Shown one piece after another: positions 12,938-25,617 of a DNA stretch of 64,000 nucleotides; the first letter of the stretch is position 1; each line of letters opens with the position of its first letter. The stretch is from contig CM030332.1 in the NCBI GenBank assembly GCA_017654855.1, positions 2,170,001-2,234,000 on the forward strand, in the 5' to 3' direction. The notes beneath the pieces are model-generated. The model saw nothing but the letters and a program-made list of their open reading frames with translations. It did no database searches and was not told where the DNA came from. A program made the position numbers and the translations under genes. This DNA comes from Podospora anserina (lineage: Eukaryota).

Positions 12938-14193
12938 TCAATAATTCAGATCCGGCCCTGTCTTCACTTGGCGATAGCCGATGTCCTGCATACGATGCTC
13001 AGGACGCCGATGCTCATAGCGACTTGCATGCACCGAATTCTGACGATCCGTACGGCTTGCAAACCCAGAACCTGGAAGAACCATACGACTGCTATGTTCA
13101 GAGCCCCGAAGTCGCTGGAAACTTGCATACCCGGATGCTTGACGGGCTTGGTGTTCTTCATGGTCCCGGTGAACGTTTTGATGATGACTACAGTGCATCC
13201 CACAGCCATGGTGCTCGGAATCGTGGCGAGAGCCGTGCGATGAGACTGCTTCCCCTTCATGACCGGAACGATCTAGGCCTGGGCCACCGTAGTCCCCAAT
13301 TCCAGCCACAGCGTACCTAACAACACCTCCCATACCCCGCCAGCGTGCTGTCTCATGATCATGAGTTTCGAATCGGTTCTCTCTCCTCTCCATATCTCTC
13401 ATGGATCTCTCCTCCTCCTGCTGCCTCCAGTCATCCTCCCCTCTCTTTCGTTTCGCATTCTGCTGGGACCAAATTGAAGATGTCCTTGTTCAGCTTTCCG
13501 ATCTTGGTGTCGTGGGGGCCCTAGTGCTCTTCTCAACGCTTCCTCATCCTCGGCCAGTTCATGTTGAACAACCGTTATTTCGGATTCCAAATCAGCCTTC
13601 TTTCTCTGCAGCTCTTGGAGTGCAGCGGCGGGCTCGGCTTTGGCAACTGCCGAAGTAAGTTGAGGGCGTCTATGAGTATTAACAGCATTGGAAGTGATGC
13701 CAAAGCCCAGCAGAGCATCAACAGATGCCTCCCAAACATTTCTCAAGCTTGGACGAGCATCTGCGTTTGTGAACGGCAGCGATGCTCGCGCGGTCCCAGA
13801 CAGCGAGGGCCCGGGAACGGCTTGGGCGCGCGAGGGGACGGGGACAGCTCGCGGCAGCACGGCGGTGATATTCATGGCAGTTCCGTTCGGAACTAAGCCC
13901 ACGATCACGCCGGAACGGGCAAGGGTGTTGTCCAGCGGCGAAATCTGGACTTGAATGCCGGTTTATGGGATGAAAACATTAGCAAAGTTCGACTCGAAGT
14001 TAATACAAGACAAAATGACCACAAGATCATCAAAGGAACATGACATACCGAGGCTTGGGATGGGGAAGCTAGTTGTTCCACCCAGAATGACCGGGATGGG
14101 CCAGTTCAACTGCCCAAAACCCAGGTGCCCGCCACCACCTGGCTGGCCTTGCTTTTCACCACTGGGGATGCTTTGAGTCGACATCTTCGACAT
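12938..14193 (-). pseudogene. Frameshifted orphan gene with coiled coil, paralog of the 740-1983 gene
   Basis: Exon 1 MSKMSTQ...IPVILGGTTSFPIPSL, GTATGT donor at 14048, then GIQVQISPLDNTL...LQELQRKKADLESEI. Two apparent frameshifts at about 13520-13465, then QQNAKRKRGEDDWRQQEEERSMRDMERR...DLNY*. Confidence 0.5.
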
Positions 14194-14594
14194 CTTTTTT
14201 TGGTTCGCCTGTACCTTGCTGTTAGTATAATTTATTCTCAATGGGCGAGAGTATTAACAAACCTCGAGAAAGGAGGGCGAGTGCGCAAAAATGAAGGCGG
14301 CGAGGTTGGGTGATGATGTTGTCTTGCTGGAGGAAAGCAAACGCAAAAAAGGCTCGGGAGAGAGAGAGTAAAAGCAGGGCGGAATTGTAGTAGACCAGAA
14401 GCATGGACCATCCCCGCCCACAATCTAAAAAATTTCAGTAAACAAACCCTTTTCCTGGTGAAGCTATTAGGAAGGAGCAGCTGCGTGAAGGGGGGTGGTC
14501 GGAGCAAGTGTCTGCTCCGTCACCATACCCCATTGCTGTCAACTTGGGCTCGTGACATTTTCCATTTTTTGGGTTTTGTAGAACTGGTGTGCTG

Positions 14595-14699
14595 GGCTAG
14601 ACGGGGCTAGGAGCTGCCCTCTAACACACTACAAGACTTGCGATGTAGGCTAGATGGGGCTAAGGGCTGTCCTCCAACACGCCATAAGAGTTGTGATGG
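14595..14699. repeat. Diverged tandem duplication, period 53 bp
   Basis: ggctagacggggctaggagctgccctctaacacactacaagacttgcgatg versus ggctagatggggctaagggctgtcctccaacacgccataagagttgtgatg. Confidence 0.8.
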
Positions 14700-15124
14700 T
14701 AAATTCAAGAGAGACCCATTTCTTTACCTAGGTAGATCAACAACCAGGCAACAACCAGACAACCAGCACCAAACTACATAACTCAGCACCGTTACATCGA
14801 CATCTCAACGATATAGGTGAGAGCCTGTTCTATGTCTACATCTTCACGCTGAAACCGATAGTACCAGTCGTCACCGTGGGTTATTTTGACAAGGTGTTCA
14901 ATGTTGGGTCCCAAACTGAAGAGGAAAAGATGGTTGTCTTCTTCAAGCTATAAATAATGCTTATCCTGCCAAAATTCCAATTTATCTCCCCTACCCACGG
15001 CTCCATTCTACCTGCCGTCAACTCTCGTTTTGTAAAACGGCCTTGTTCGTTTGTTTTTTTATTCAAGTCTTCTGTAGGCGGTCAAAGCTTTGTAAGAAAG
15101 AAAAAAAAATGACAAAAAAGACTT

Positions 15125-15257
15125 CTTCTTCAACTGGGGTCGAACCAGTGAAGCGTACATGTCCCAGCAGATCGAGCCTTCGGTCCTGACTCGAGCAACA
15201 TGCCTCCATCAGTTCACTCTCTGCTGTCCATCATGATCAATTCCTGGAGTTGACGAA
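15125..15257 (-). ncRNA. tRNA-like Pol III element or tRNA pseudogene
   Basis: T arm ACTGG-TTCGACC-CCAGT (B box); acceptor TTCGTCA/TGAAGAA; D stem TCCA/TGGA; anticodon-position stem AGCAG/CTGCT; T6 run 5 nt downstream. Confidence 0.55.
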
Positions 15258-15570
15258 GGCACTTCTACGACCACCGCACCCTCTGCACTGCAGATCCACC
15301 CACCGCCACCTGCATCCTCACCACTTAAGTATTCAAGATCAAGTTTTTATCTCTTTCTCTACAGCGAAATCATCTTTTCACCTGCCATATAATTTTCTTT
15401 TTCCCTTTTCCACCCCTCCCACCCCCAACACCCCCCTTCTTTCCTTCCCACCACAATTTGCACCACCCACGCCCAAAACAAAAGAAAAGATGCGATATTA
15501 ACCAACAATTTAAAAACGCTCATACAAAAATCACACACACACAACCTCCCTTCAGAAAGGCACCCAACCT

Positions 15571-16226
15571 CTAGCACTTCCTCCACTCCAAATCCCAATT
15601 CTCGGTCAAAGCCTCAAAATACGCCTTCCCATCCCCGTTCAGCGCGCTCCGGAAGTTGACATTCAAAATCCCAATCGACCCGTCGGCACCCGTGCAGGGA
15701 GACCAGACCTTGTTCGCGCCCGTGTTGCTCACGAGCGTGACGGCCTGGTCGATGGTCCTGTCCGTGGCCGCGATGTGTCCGCGGACGGTGCCCTGTTTCT
15801 ATCTGTCAGTGCCTTGCTGCAGGGTGAATAAGAGAGGGGACGTACAGTCTTGGCGGCGTCCTGGCTGAAGAAGACGGTGGTGAAGTAGTCTAAGGATGTG
15901 CCCGGGGTGAGGTAGACGTTGCCCTTGACGATGTTGGTCTTGACGGCGACCTGCCACCCCGGGGAGGCGCCGGCGGCTTGGAGATGGGCCTGGCAGTTGA
16001 GGGTCTTTGTCGTGCCGGGGAGGGAGGAGGCAAAGTTGGAGAAGGAAAAGGTTGGGTCGGAGAGGCCGCCGGTGTGCTTTGGGTCGCGGACGCAGCCGGG
16101 GCCGGAGAAGGTGAGGGAGGTGATGCGGGGGATGGCGGCGGGCGCGGCCGGGGCGGCGGCTGCGTCGGCGTTAACTACCGAGGCGGCGGCGGCGAGGATG
16201 GTGAGTGTTGTTGTGAGGAGGCCCAT
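15571..16226 (-). CDS. Small secreted protein, DUF4360-like
   Basis: Signal peptide, ITSLTFSGPGC, NCQAHL, PGWQVAV, VWSPC, GILNVNFR and C-terminal LEWRKC*. Intron 15793-15845. Confidence 0.85.
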
Positions 16227-18255
16227 TGTGATGGTTGTGAATCTGAGGAAAAGGTGTGAGGATAGTGGAGATGAAAATCCGGGGTAAGAGAGTGGATATG
16301 GAGAGGATTTAAGCTTGTTTGTTGCTTGGATACCTGTAGTGATGATTAGGAGTTGAGCTGTCAAGAAAAAAGACGAGGTCAAAGCCTGTTACTTATATGC
16401 GTGCGAACCGGGCCAAGGAAAAAATAAAGACTATCGTGATGGGTTCTATTGAACTGGCAGGACTACCTGACGATTACGATATTCGCCTTCTCTTGCTGCT
16501 TCATCCCGTCTACCGTGTTTTTCGCCATTTTGCCTTTTGCCACACCCCTGGTAGATCACCTTTCTCATCACAAGCATAGCAATCGGCGTGGTTCGCCGAA
16601 AGGTCTGGCTGGGTCTCTGTGTGGTCTGGTTGACAGATGGCGAGAGTGTTTTTGGTGGTCCTGGGTGTAGCGGAGCTTTTGCCATTTATCCAAATTGCAA
16701 CCCGCGAAACCGAGTGCCCGGATTGGCAACAAACTCTGTCTCTTCAAATTAAAACCCAAGTGTGTCCAAAAATAGGAATACCAGGGGGGGAGAAGAGATC
16801 AGCAAAAAAACAAATTCGTGGGAGGGAAAAAAAAAGTGGTTTGGCAGTTTCAAACTGTTGTTGCACATGAAATGAAAAAGGTCGGATATCATCCGTGTGT
16901 CCAAGACAGGAAGACAGGCCACACAACCTGGAACTTTCTCCTTTGACATGCAACCAAATGCATGTGGGTTAATCTACAAGTGATATATATCGGTATATTA
17001 CCCCAGCGTGTCAACCAGCCACCCCGTTGTCGCCATGTCGCGCCACCCAGGGACACACACTTCAACTCAATGCTGCCTCTACCACACTTTGTTGCTCGTC
17101 TGGGCCCTCTTGGGTGTCGCTTTGTCGCCGTTTGTTCCTGGCTGGGCCTCTCGTCGACGTTCGGGATATGCGGGCGTGGCGTTGCAAGCAAAAAACGGGA
17201 AAGATGCAGCAAGAGAAGAAAGGAACGCGGAGGTGGTTTCCGCAACCTTTAATTGTTCCAATGCGACGTCATCTCTCTCATCGGGCCAGTGCTTGATGTG
17301 CTTGGCTCTACTTCGCCGATCTGTTCTGGCCCTTGTCACTGTCAGTAGTAGTAGTAAAGTAGGGAACATATCTGTCGAGAAATGCGTACACGTAAGGAGG
17401 GTCCCGGCCGAGGAACAAAGATTTAAACTACCCTCTACTGACCTGCAGTTGGTCCCCAATATCTGGGATGAATTGGTCGCGACGTTCCCGGTGTGATTGC
17501 ATGCGACAGGTTGATAGTAGTTGATAAATTTGATCCTATTTATGGCAGCTCACGCTATGTCCAACTCAAAAATAGGGGACCCGGTGCGCCGTTGAAGCAG
17601 CTCATGGTCCCTGAAGAGCCGGAGACTCTCTCAAGAAATCGGCCGTGATGATGCCGACTCAACTCTCGGAAGACCTTCGAGCTCTTGGCCCTCGCCTTCC
17701 CCCCACCGGATGCTACTCGCCTCGCCAGTGCCCTCTTCCTCTGAGGCTGCCATTCCAGCTCCAGCCCATTACCACACTAGCCGCATGCCCAGAACACATT
17801 TCGTCTGGCACACTCAACTCCGGCTATTCAAGTCCTCCTCCCTTCTGGTCAAACGCGTTCGCAGGTACGTGCAAGAGAACGCCGATATGCCCAGCAGATC
17901 GAGGGTATCATCTTTCTTTCTTTGCGCCGACAATGATGCGAGTAAACGAACAGCCCAACTCCGACAAACTCGCTCGCTTTCTCCAGAACCCAAACACCGC
18001 GGCGGGAAGAATGCGTCTCAGGGACCTCGGTATGCATGAGAGCCAGGGACAAGAGGCGGAACGAGGTTGATGTTCCTTGAACGCCTGTGTCTCCGCTTGT
18101 GTGGCTCAAACCTTCCCCGGCATCGCTTCTCCCGTCTTCAAAGACTCAAACCCCAGTACCGACCGTAACGCCTCAAGCAGCGCCTGAAAAGCTAAGCTTC
18201 AGATCTCCAACTCCTTTGGTGTAAAAAACAACAATATCGCAGCGTCATTATTCAC

Positions 18256-19395
18256 CTACTGGACCTTGTTGATGGCGGCAGTCGTAGGTGTTTGAACAGT
18301 GCGCTGGAACTCCCCGCTAGAGTTGCTGCTCTTGCCGCCGCGATCCTCGACGATTGTGCCGCTGCGAACGGCAAAAAGATTGCCCTCCTCCAGAGAGCGC
18401 TCTGGCTGCTGATAGTAGACCCCGTCGACAGCAACAGGATCCTCTCCCAAGAGGTGCATGTAGAAGTAAAAGAAGCCGCAGAAGAAAAAGCCACCGAGCA
18501 TGTTTCCGAGAGTTGTGGGAATAATGCCTGGACGATTCGGGTTAGCACCTTGCAAGACAAACACCCAGGTAAGAAAAGGAAGAGAAGCATACCCTTCCAT
18601 ATGTAAAGTCCAACGCTAATACCAGGGGCTCCCAGGAAGATGCCGATGGGGATGAAGAACATGTTGGCGACAACGTGCTCCAGTCCCATGGTGACGAAAG
18701 CGAAGATGGGCCACCACATGCCCGCGACCTTGGACGTCACATCCTTAGCCTGGAGACCGAGATAGCAAGAGAGGCAGACCAGCCAGTTACAACCGATAGC
18801 GCGCAGGAAGATTTGATGCCATTGGGGAGTGATCTGCTTGAGCTGAGCAGTGGCAATAGCCTGCTGCTTGAAGATCTCATTGTCGAAAACGCCACCATCT
18901 AGAAAGAAGCACACTAGTTAACACGAGTTCGAACAACACAAGATCAAAGAGATGGAACCTACAGCCAACAATGATGGCCATTACGAACAACGCGCCAGCC
19001 ATGTTGCCCCAGAAGCAAAGGAACCAGTGCATGAGCAGGTTCTTGAGCGGCAGCCTCCTGTGCATCCAAGCAATGCCAGTAATCATGTTGGAACCAGTGA
19101 AGAGTTCAGAGCCCGAGATCAAGATCATGACGATGCCGCTGGGGAAGATCAAGCCACTGATCATTCTGATCAGACCGGGGGCGTTTTCCTGGAACCATGG
19201 GGCGGCAGTGGCGATGACGGCCGAGGCGGAGGTGAAGCTGACGAGACAGCCGGCCATGAAGGCAGAGAAGAAGATCTTGTCGGGTCGTGCTCTTCCTCTC
19301 ATGGCACCAATCCGAGACATCAACTCGGCTGTCTCCTTTGGCGTGTAGGCCGCCATGTTGGCCATGTTGTCGACGTGGACGTGTGTGACAGCCAT
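18256..19395 (-). CDS. Formate/nitrite transporter (FNT family)
   Basis: Motifs GSELFTGS, FWGNMAG, RAIGCNWLVC, GLEHVVANMF, TLGNMLGG. Two introns (about 18899-18962 and about 18528-18592). Confidence 0.93.
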
Positions 19396-22255
19396 CTCGT
19401 CGGTTGGGAGTGATGCAGTGACACCGGTATGGATGGTGTTGATGGACTGGTTAGGTGTCCAAACCGTTGAGGGTATGATGACGGGCCGGGGAGAAGGGCT
19501 GTCGTTCCAAGTTGAGGTGACAGGACAGCTTAAGAGGGTTGATAGAGGGGCGGAGGTGTTCGGACGAAGAACGGTGATCGGGGCGGCTTGGTGACTTTAA
19601 GAAGAAGAAGGAACAAGCGGAACACACCCCGCAACAGTCGGCCACTATGGAATACGCTTCTGTGGAGTGTGCTGAAGGCTCGAGATCCCCGTCACCTTGG
19701 CAAAGTGGAAGACGGAATTGGGTGGGTGGATGACCAGGCCATGGGCATCGAGCGTCTTGGTTGGGACCGGTGTTCCAAGACCTGCGAGCATCTGGGGCGG
19801 CCCATTTTTGACAGTTCACAGGTCGCCAAGTTCCCCCAGTCTAGTGGAAGTTAAGGTGTTTATAGCAGAGTGGCACTGGTGGGCACTCTCAATGGGATGC
19901 TTTTTCATCCGAGGGCTTCAGTCTCAACGTTCGGCTGTCAAAGATCAGTCTCAAATGCTCTCAACAGCCATGAATCAGGCCAGAGGAAGAGCCTCACAGG
20001 GGACCCACGACGAAATTGCCGGAGGGTGGGTACAGCATTAGACTCTGGCCGATTCATCAACTAGGGATCCTCGACCTTTGTGGCCACGATGGCTCAAAGC
20101 CAAACCCCGAACCAAACATCTTCCCATCGTCCGTCCGTCTACCCCGGCGATGCAGCCCTGTACCTGCAGGACATGGTCAGCCACCGATCCGCTTGCCAAC
20201 AGGAGTTCGGGAACCTCATGGACCGACGGAGAGCTGCTCCTGCGGGCGGTGTGGGGGTGTTCGCGATGCGAAGCTGAGTGGGTGGACTGGCAAGTCTGGG
20301 ATGACGTCTTGCCTGCTTCCATCTCTCCTCTAGGACGGCGCGCCGACCCGCCAAACCTTATGCCTTGAGCCTGTTTTCCTCAGCATTGGCAGCAACCTTA
20401 ATGATGGATTCCGTGGTTCCCTCCTGACTCGGCCGGTGTTGATCCTCTCCGTCAAGTTCTCATTGCTGTTTTCTTGGACAAATCCTTTGCTGGGCGGATT
20501 ATTGTCCATCTCACCGTCGCCCAAATCAAGACAAGCGCAGTCGCCGGTCTCGCAGAAATGTCCACCCTCATCTCATCGACATCGATATTCGAAACCGAAA
20601 TATCCCCGCGACGGTGCCCCGGTTGTAACCGTGTTGAGGAGGTTGTGGAGACGACATTTTCCTCAGCAGTTTAAGAATTTTCTTCCAGTGTTTTGCTCCC
20701 AGGGTAGGGGTGCATGGAACCACGACCCTGGCTCAGACGTCTCGCATCTTCAGGGGTCTTGTCAACAAATGGTTTTTGACCCAGGCATTCCCAGAAACCT
20801 CACCCTCCTGCTTGTTGAACAAGCAGCACCCTTCAATCAACTCGTTTCGCATCAATTTACGGTGCTCGACTTTGGCCTCGCTTTTTGACGGTCCCGATGG
20901 GCTTCTTTGAAGCAACTCTTGGAAACCCAGGTAACCTGCGCACCCCATCCAGAAAGCCATCTCAACGCCGTTGAATCTAACAAAAAGCCACCAAACCACC
21001 ATCCGACTCAAGAACAATCTGGCTCTTATCTCCCGTCGTCCACGCCAGCACAGTAAGCCCTATACGTTCTAGGTCCAAGGAGCCTCCCGCTGCCAACCCG
21101 CCGAGCCTCAATTCAACTTCCAGATCAGGGCAGGCCTTGGGCCAAGAGAAAAAAGCCTTTCATCCATGTCCAATCACCCACCGCTCAAACTTCGGCATCA
21201 CACCACCAACAAGCCTCCCACCCAGACCACCAGCCAAGAAGTTTGAAGAAAGCGACCCTTTTGCCAAACCTCCGAACGGAATCTCGGGCTTGGAAGCGGC
21301 AGAGTCGTCAACAAACTGAGCTAAAGCCCAGCGAAGGCCGCCGGAAAACATCATGCTCAAAGCCACGCAATCCCCGTCGCCCAGCCCGAACGCTCTGCTT
21401 GGCAAAAGCTTAAACTTCAAGTTCTGGCCAGACCTCTTCTTTTTTTCCCAAGCAGGCCGGTCGTTTGGAAGGCGCTAGTAGTATCCCGCTCTGTTTGTTG
21501 GACCTGGTAGGTAGGCGAGGTAAGCTTCGTTTTCTGTCGCTACCGGGTTATGAGGTTGGGAAAAAGACCGGTGAGGTGATGGGCCAGAACTTTTCATGTC
21601 GTCGCGTGTCATTCAAAACAGCGGTGGTTTGTTGCTCGCTTGTTTGGTGTCCAGCGCAAAATATCAGCCCAATAAAAATGAGGCGACGTTGTGTCACGGA
21701 TAGGGCTCTTCAGCTCTGGACGCTCAAAATCCGCATTGGCGGAGATGAGAAACAGCAATGTGGTTGCAAAATGCAAATGTCGTCAAAAGAGGATTCTTTG
21801 ATCAACTCCACTCATCTCGCGAACTTTATCCCGCGAACACGTCATGTCACGTCCCTTATTATGTCATCGCGCGCGCTCTGGTGTACGGCAGTGAGCTGAA
21901 TTTTACAGCTCGCTTAGCGCAGCCTCAGGAGACAGGTCAGGTTGGGTAGTTTTTTGGTTTTGCATGCGGTCAAAGTTGGTTTACATCGAGGATTAATGCC
22001 TGAACATGCATCGTGAAGATGGAGAAATAGAATAGATTTTGATATCTCTCAAACCCACAAAAAGCCTTGGTATCATCCCATTCCCTTCGTTACCCGTGAA
22101 AGAAACAAACCATTCATCATGAGAGGCTATCCGGCCCTTCTTTTCTCACACATCCGATCCAGACCTTGACTCCGTGTGATGTTTGACAAAGACAAGAGAA
22201 AATAACGAAGCCATCAACAAGACAGACCATAATATCTGTCCCAACACATTTCATA

Positions 22256-24206
22256 CTACACCCCCCCTCTCCTCGCCACCGATCCCACCTTCTCTCCCCT
22301 GTAATCCCTATCCCTATCCTCCCGTTGACTCATCCTCGTCATCCTCGTCCCCCTAGGGCTCTCAGGCAAGTCGTATTCGTCCTCATCGCTATCCTCCTCC
22401 TCGTCCTCATCATCATCAGCATGATCCGACCTTCTCCGTGGCGGTGGTGTCCTCCCCACATTCACACCACCAAACGTCTCCCCCGGCTGTGGACTCCTCG
22501 GGTGCTTCTCCACCTTGACCGACCTGGTAACCTGTATCGACAACCTCAGGTGAGCCCGTGGCGGTGCTCGTAAACTTCCTGAACCAGGTGACCTCCCTCC
22601 ACTCGTGGTATCCAACGGAGAGATGTCATCATCATCCTCGTTATGGTGATCAGGCGTATTCGACGGATGCAACGATGACCCCCCTCTCGCACCAGCAGAA
22701 ACACTGCACGTCTGCTGTGATTCCAAATCCCCATGCATGACCGACCTGTTAAGTTTGTAGTCTGCCAGCCCGTTGTTGTTGTTCACCAACGGTAGTCCGC
22801 CTTCGTGTTCTTCCACTTGCCGGAGGAGGCTCCCTTTGCGCTTGGAGGAGGTTTTGTCTGATGTTTCGCTTAGCCTTCTGCTTCCTCTTCGGCCTAGTTG
22901 AGCAGCGAGGCCGATGAAGGACTGGCGGGAGTCACGGCGGATGGGGTGGCCGGTGATGGGGTCGATCCATTGGAGGCTGCTGTTTTCTCTTTGGATCTTG
23001 CTGCCCGAGTTGGGGGAGAGGAGCCGGGGAAAAAGGCGTTGGATGAGAGGTTTGAGGGTCATGAGGCAGGCGCAGCAGATGGCGGCGGAGACCTCGACCG
23101 AGGTCCAGTAGATCATCTGGGCCGAGGTGTAGGTTGCGTCGTAGCCGGCTTTTTTGACGATGTCGATAAGGTAGACTAGGCGGGTGATGGAGACGATGCA
23201 GACGCTGGGATAATGAGTTAGGAACATAAAGATACCCATGTATGTGGTGGAGGACTTACAAAAACCCCAAAGCAAACACCCCAACAAGAGCGTACTTTTG
23301 GCGTCTCGGCAGTTTCAAAGCTGAAAGCACTGGCATCTGGTTTCTTTCTGTCAGTCCTTCTTCTACTCATCCATCCTAGCAATAACCTCAAACAGATCAT
23401 CAGGCCAGGCAACAAAAAAAGAACATACCGGCAAAGCCATAATCACCAAATCACTAACAATATGCAAAGCCGCATTCGCCCACCAAATGTTCCCCGGCTG
23501 GCAATACACCTCCTGCGTAAAAAACAAACTCCAATTCCAGAACGCCTCAAGCGGGATACAAGCCGTGCAAACCGAAACAACAAGCCAGATCCCAATAAGC
23601 ACCACAAGAACAAGCACAATTTGAATCGCCCGCTTCGCCCAGCTGTAGGTAAAGATGCGTCGATACAGCAAAAGTATCGAAATCCTTGAGAAGGTGAGAC
23701 TCAAATTGTAAAACAGAATCCCATACCAAGCCGCCCTTTCCAGCGCCGACATCTGCATCCAGTCCGCCTCCCAGGCGTGTCTCCCGGCCCCTCGAGCCAT
23801 TTCTAGATTTGCTGTCAGTAATCACAATCTCGATATCAGAAACCGTGCGGCAAGACCTACGCTCAAGAGAACTAGCCATCACACCAGCGGCAAACACCAA
23901 CGCCGGAATGATACACCAATCCGACGCCCCCAGCACATTGTTGAGTTTACCCCTCGTGTAAAACCTCACCACCACGAACCCAAGCGCGATGAGCCATGTT
24001 ATCACCGCGCAAGCCACGATATCGGCTTGCAGCGATCGCCCAGCATCAGTCGGTATTGGCCCCCAAGGTAGAAACGTCTCGTTGGTTCCCACTGTGAAGT
24101 TTGTCCCGTTTGTTGGGAATGTGAAGTTGAAATCTGTTGGCGGTGGTGGTGGTGGTGGTCCCTCGAAGGGAGGGATGCCAGTGCTGGCCAGAGGGTCGGG
24201 TCCCAT
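22256..24206 (-). CDS. PTH11-like (fungal rhodopsin-domain) integral membrane protein without CFEM domain
   Basis: RFYTR..LGASDW, GAGRH, SRISILLLYRRIF, CTACIPLEAFW, SDLVIMALPMP, CIVSITRL, WTSVEVSAAICCACLMTLKPL; long disordered C-tail; three introns (first 23803-23860). Confidence 0.9.
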
Positions 24207-25590
24207 TTCTGCGTCCCGGCTCTTGCAACCTAGGTACCTTGGGTATGTTTTGACGTTGGCGGTGTGGATTCTTGATGTCGATGGGGGTAGGAAACCATGC
24301 CCGCCCATCAACCCGAAAAAGGAGGAAAAAGAAGAATGTGGGAATAGCCCGATGGGGCTCACCAAGAACAGATATATCTCCAGCCAGCTTCTTGATGTCT
24401 GGAAAAAGCGCAGCCTTTCCCCGCAACTCGTTACCAGCCAAAATTTGAGGGAAAACGGGCGAAAAAAGGGGCCCGATGTGACTGTTCATCAACCGGCGGC
24501 GGCAGCAGCAGAATCAGGATCGGCAGTGCTGAGCTTTTCTGTCGACTCTTTTTCGCCTTGCAGGGTTGCAACCCGAACTATCGAAAACTCTGGGGAAGCG
24601 GAAAACGGTTTCTTGGTTCCTGTCTGGGGGTGCAAGCAACATCAAATAAGTAATGTCTAGCTAGGAACGTTTGGAAATGAGTAATGGCCGCAAAGGGAAT
24701 AATCGTTGGAAAGAAATCAGGGCACGTACTCGTGTTTGATGTTGGGTGTCATTGTTTATGCCTTCCAACCGTGACAACGCTCTCTCTCGCACTCGCAAGC
24801 TAGGGCATTGTAGAGAGAAGGGGGATGGCGAGGTTAGTTAGTCCTTGCAAGCTTCCACTTTGCCGGCCGGTGTGTTCCTGGACGAGGTTGCTTCAGAGGG
24901 TGGCACTTCGGAACTTGTAAGATTTGAGTCCCTGTTAGGCCATGATTGCTTCTGGGTGGATAATGCGGGGAGTCCTGGCCCAGTCATAGGGTACGGGCGG
25001 TATAAAAGGCAACGTGCGCTCAACTGTCGAGTACAAGGAAACATTGGTTCTTGCTCCGCTCCGCCGAATGGGTCGACGTACATTTGGTTCGCTGGAAAGC
25101 GTGCCCGAGCGCTGAGTGACACTTTTGAGCTTTGGTAGACAGGACGAGGATGGTGGAGATTGAAACATTTCCAGATCCATATTGAAGATAATTTTACCGT
25201 TAAGCAAGTAGCGATCTTCGACTCCAAGGTCTGCCTGAAAATATTTCCTTGTCATTAATGGCCAGCTCCGGCAGACTTCCTGCTCATCAGGCCTCGTCAT
25301 CTTCATCAACGAAAAACATGCTGAAGAGCGGTCATGTCCCAAATCCTCTGCGAGGCCGACAGCGCTCAGGTCAATCCCAGACCCCAGAAGCGAATGCAAC
25401 ACTGGTGCTGGCCACCATACCCGACTTGACCCAGCGCTAAGCTTGATCGAGAACCCCGCCAACACCCTCCGACCTCCCGCATTCAAACAAGAACCATGGT
25501 GGTACTCCCTATTTCTACCGCCGGAATTCCGCATTTGGACCAAGTTGTGCTGTCACACATGTCAAAAGGAGGGCTGGTACCGGCAGTTGA

Positions 25591-25617
25591 ATGGATGGAT
25601 GGATGGATGGATGGATG
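25591..25617. repeat. (GGAT)n microsatellite
   Basis: atggatggatggatggatggatggatg. Confidence 0.85.

Noticed and set aside
15165..15200. SRP RNA helix-8-like sequence (TCAGGACCGAAGG)
   Set aside because: Lacks the GNRA tetraloop and paired AGCAG arrangement, and the element is too short for SRP RNA.
17500..18100. ORFs 17645-18070 and 17710-18039
   Set aside because: No recognisable domain; may be noise or a decayed gene.
24838..25543. Overlapping 97-202 aa ORFs between the PTH11-like and MFS genes
   Set aside because: No recognisable motifs, consistent codon bias or splice structure.
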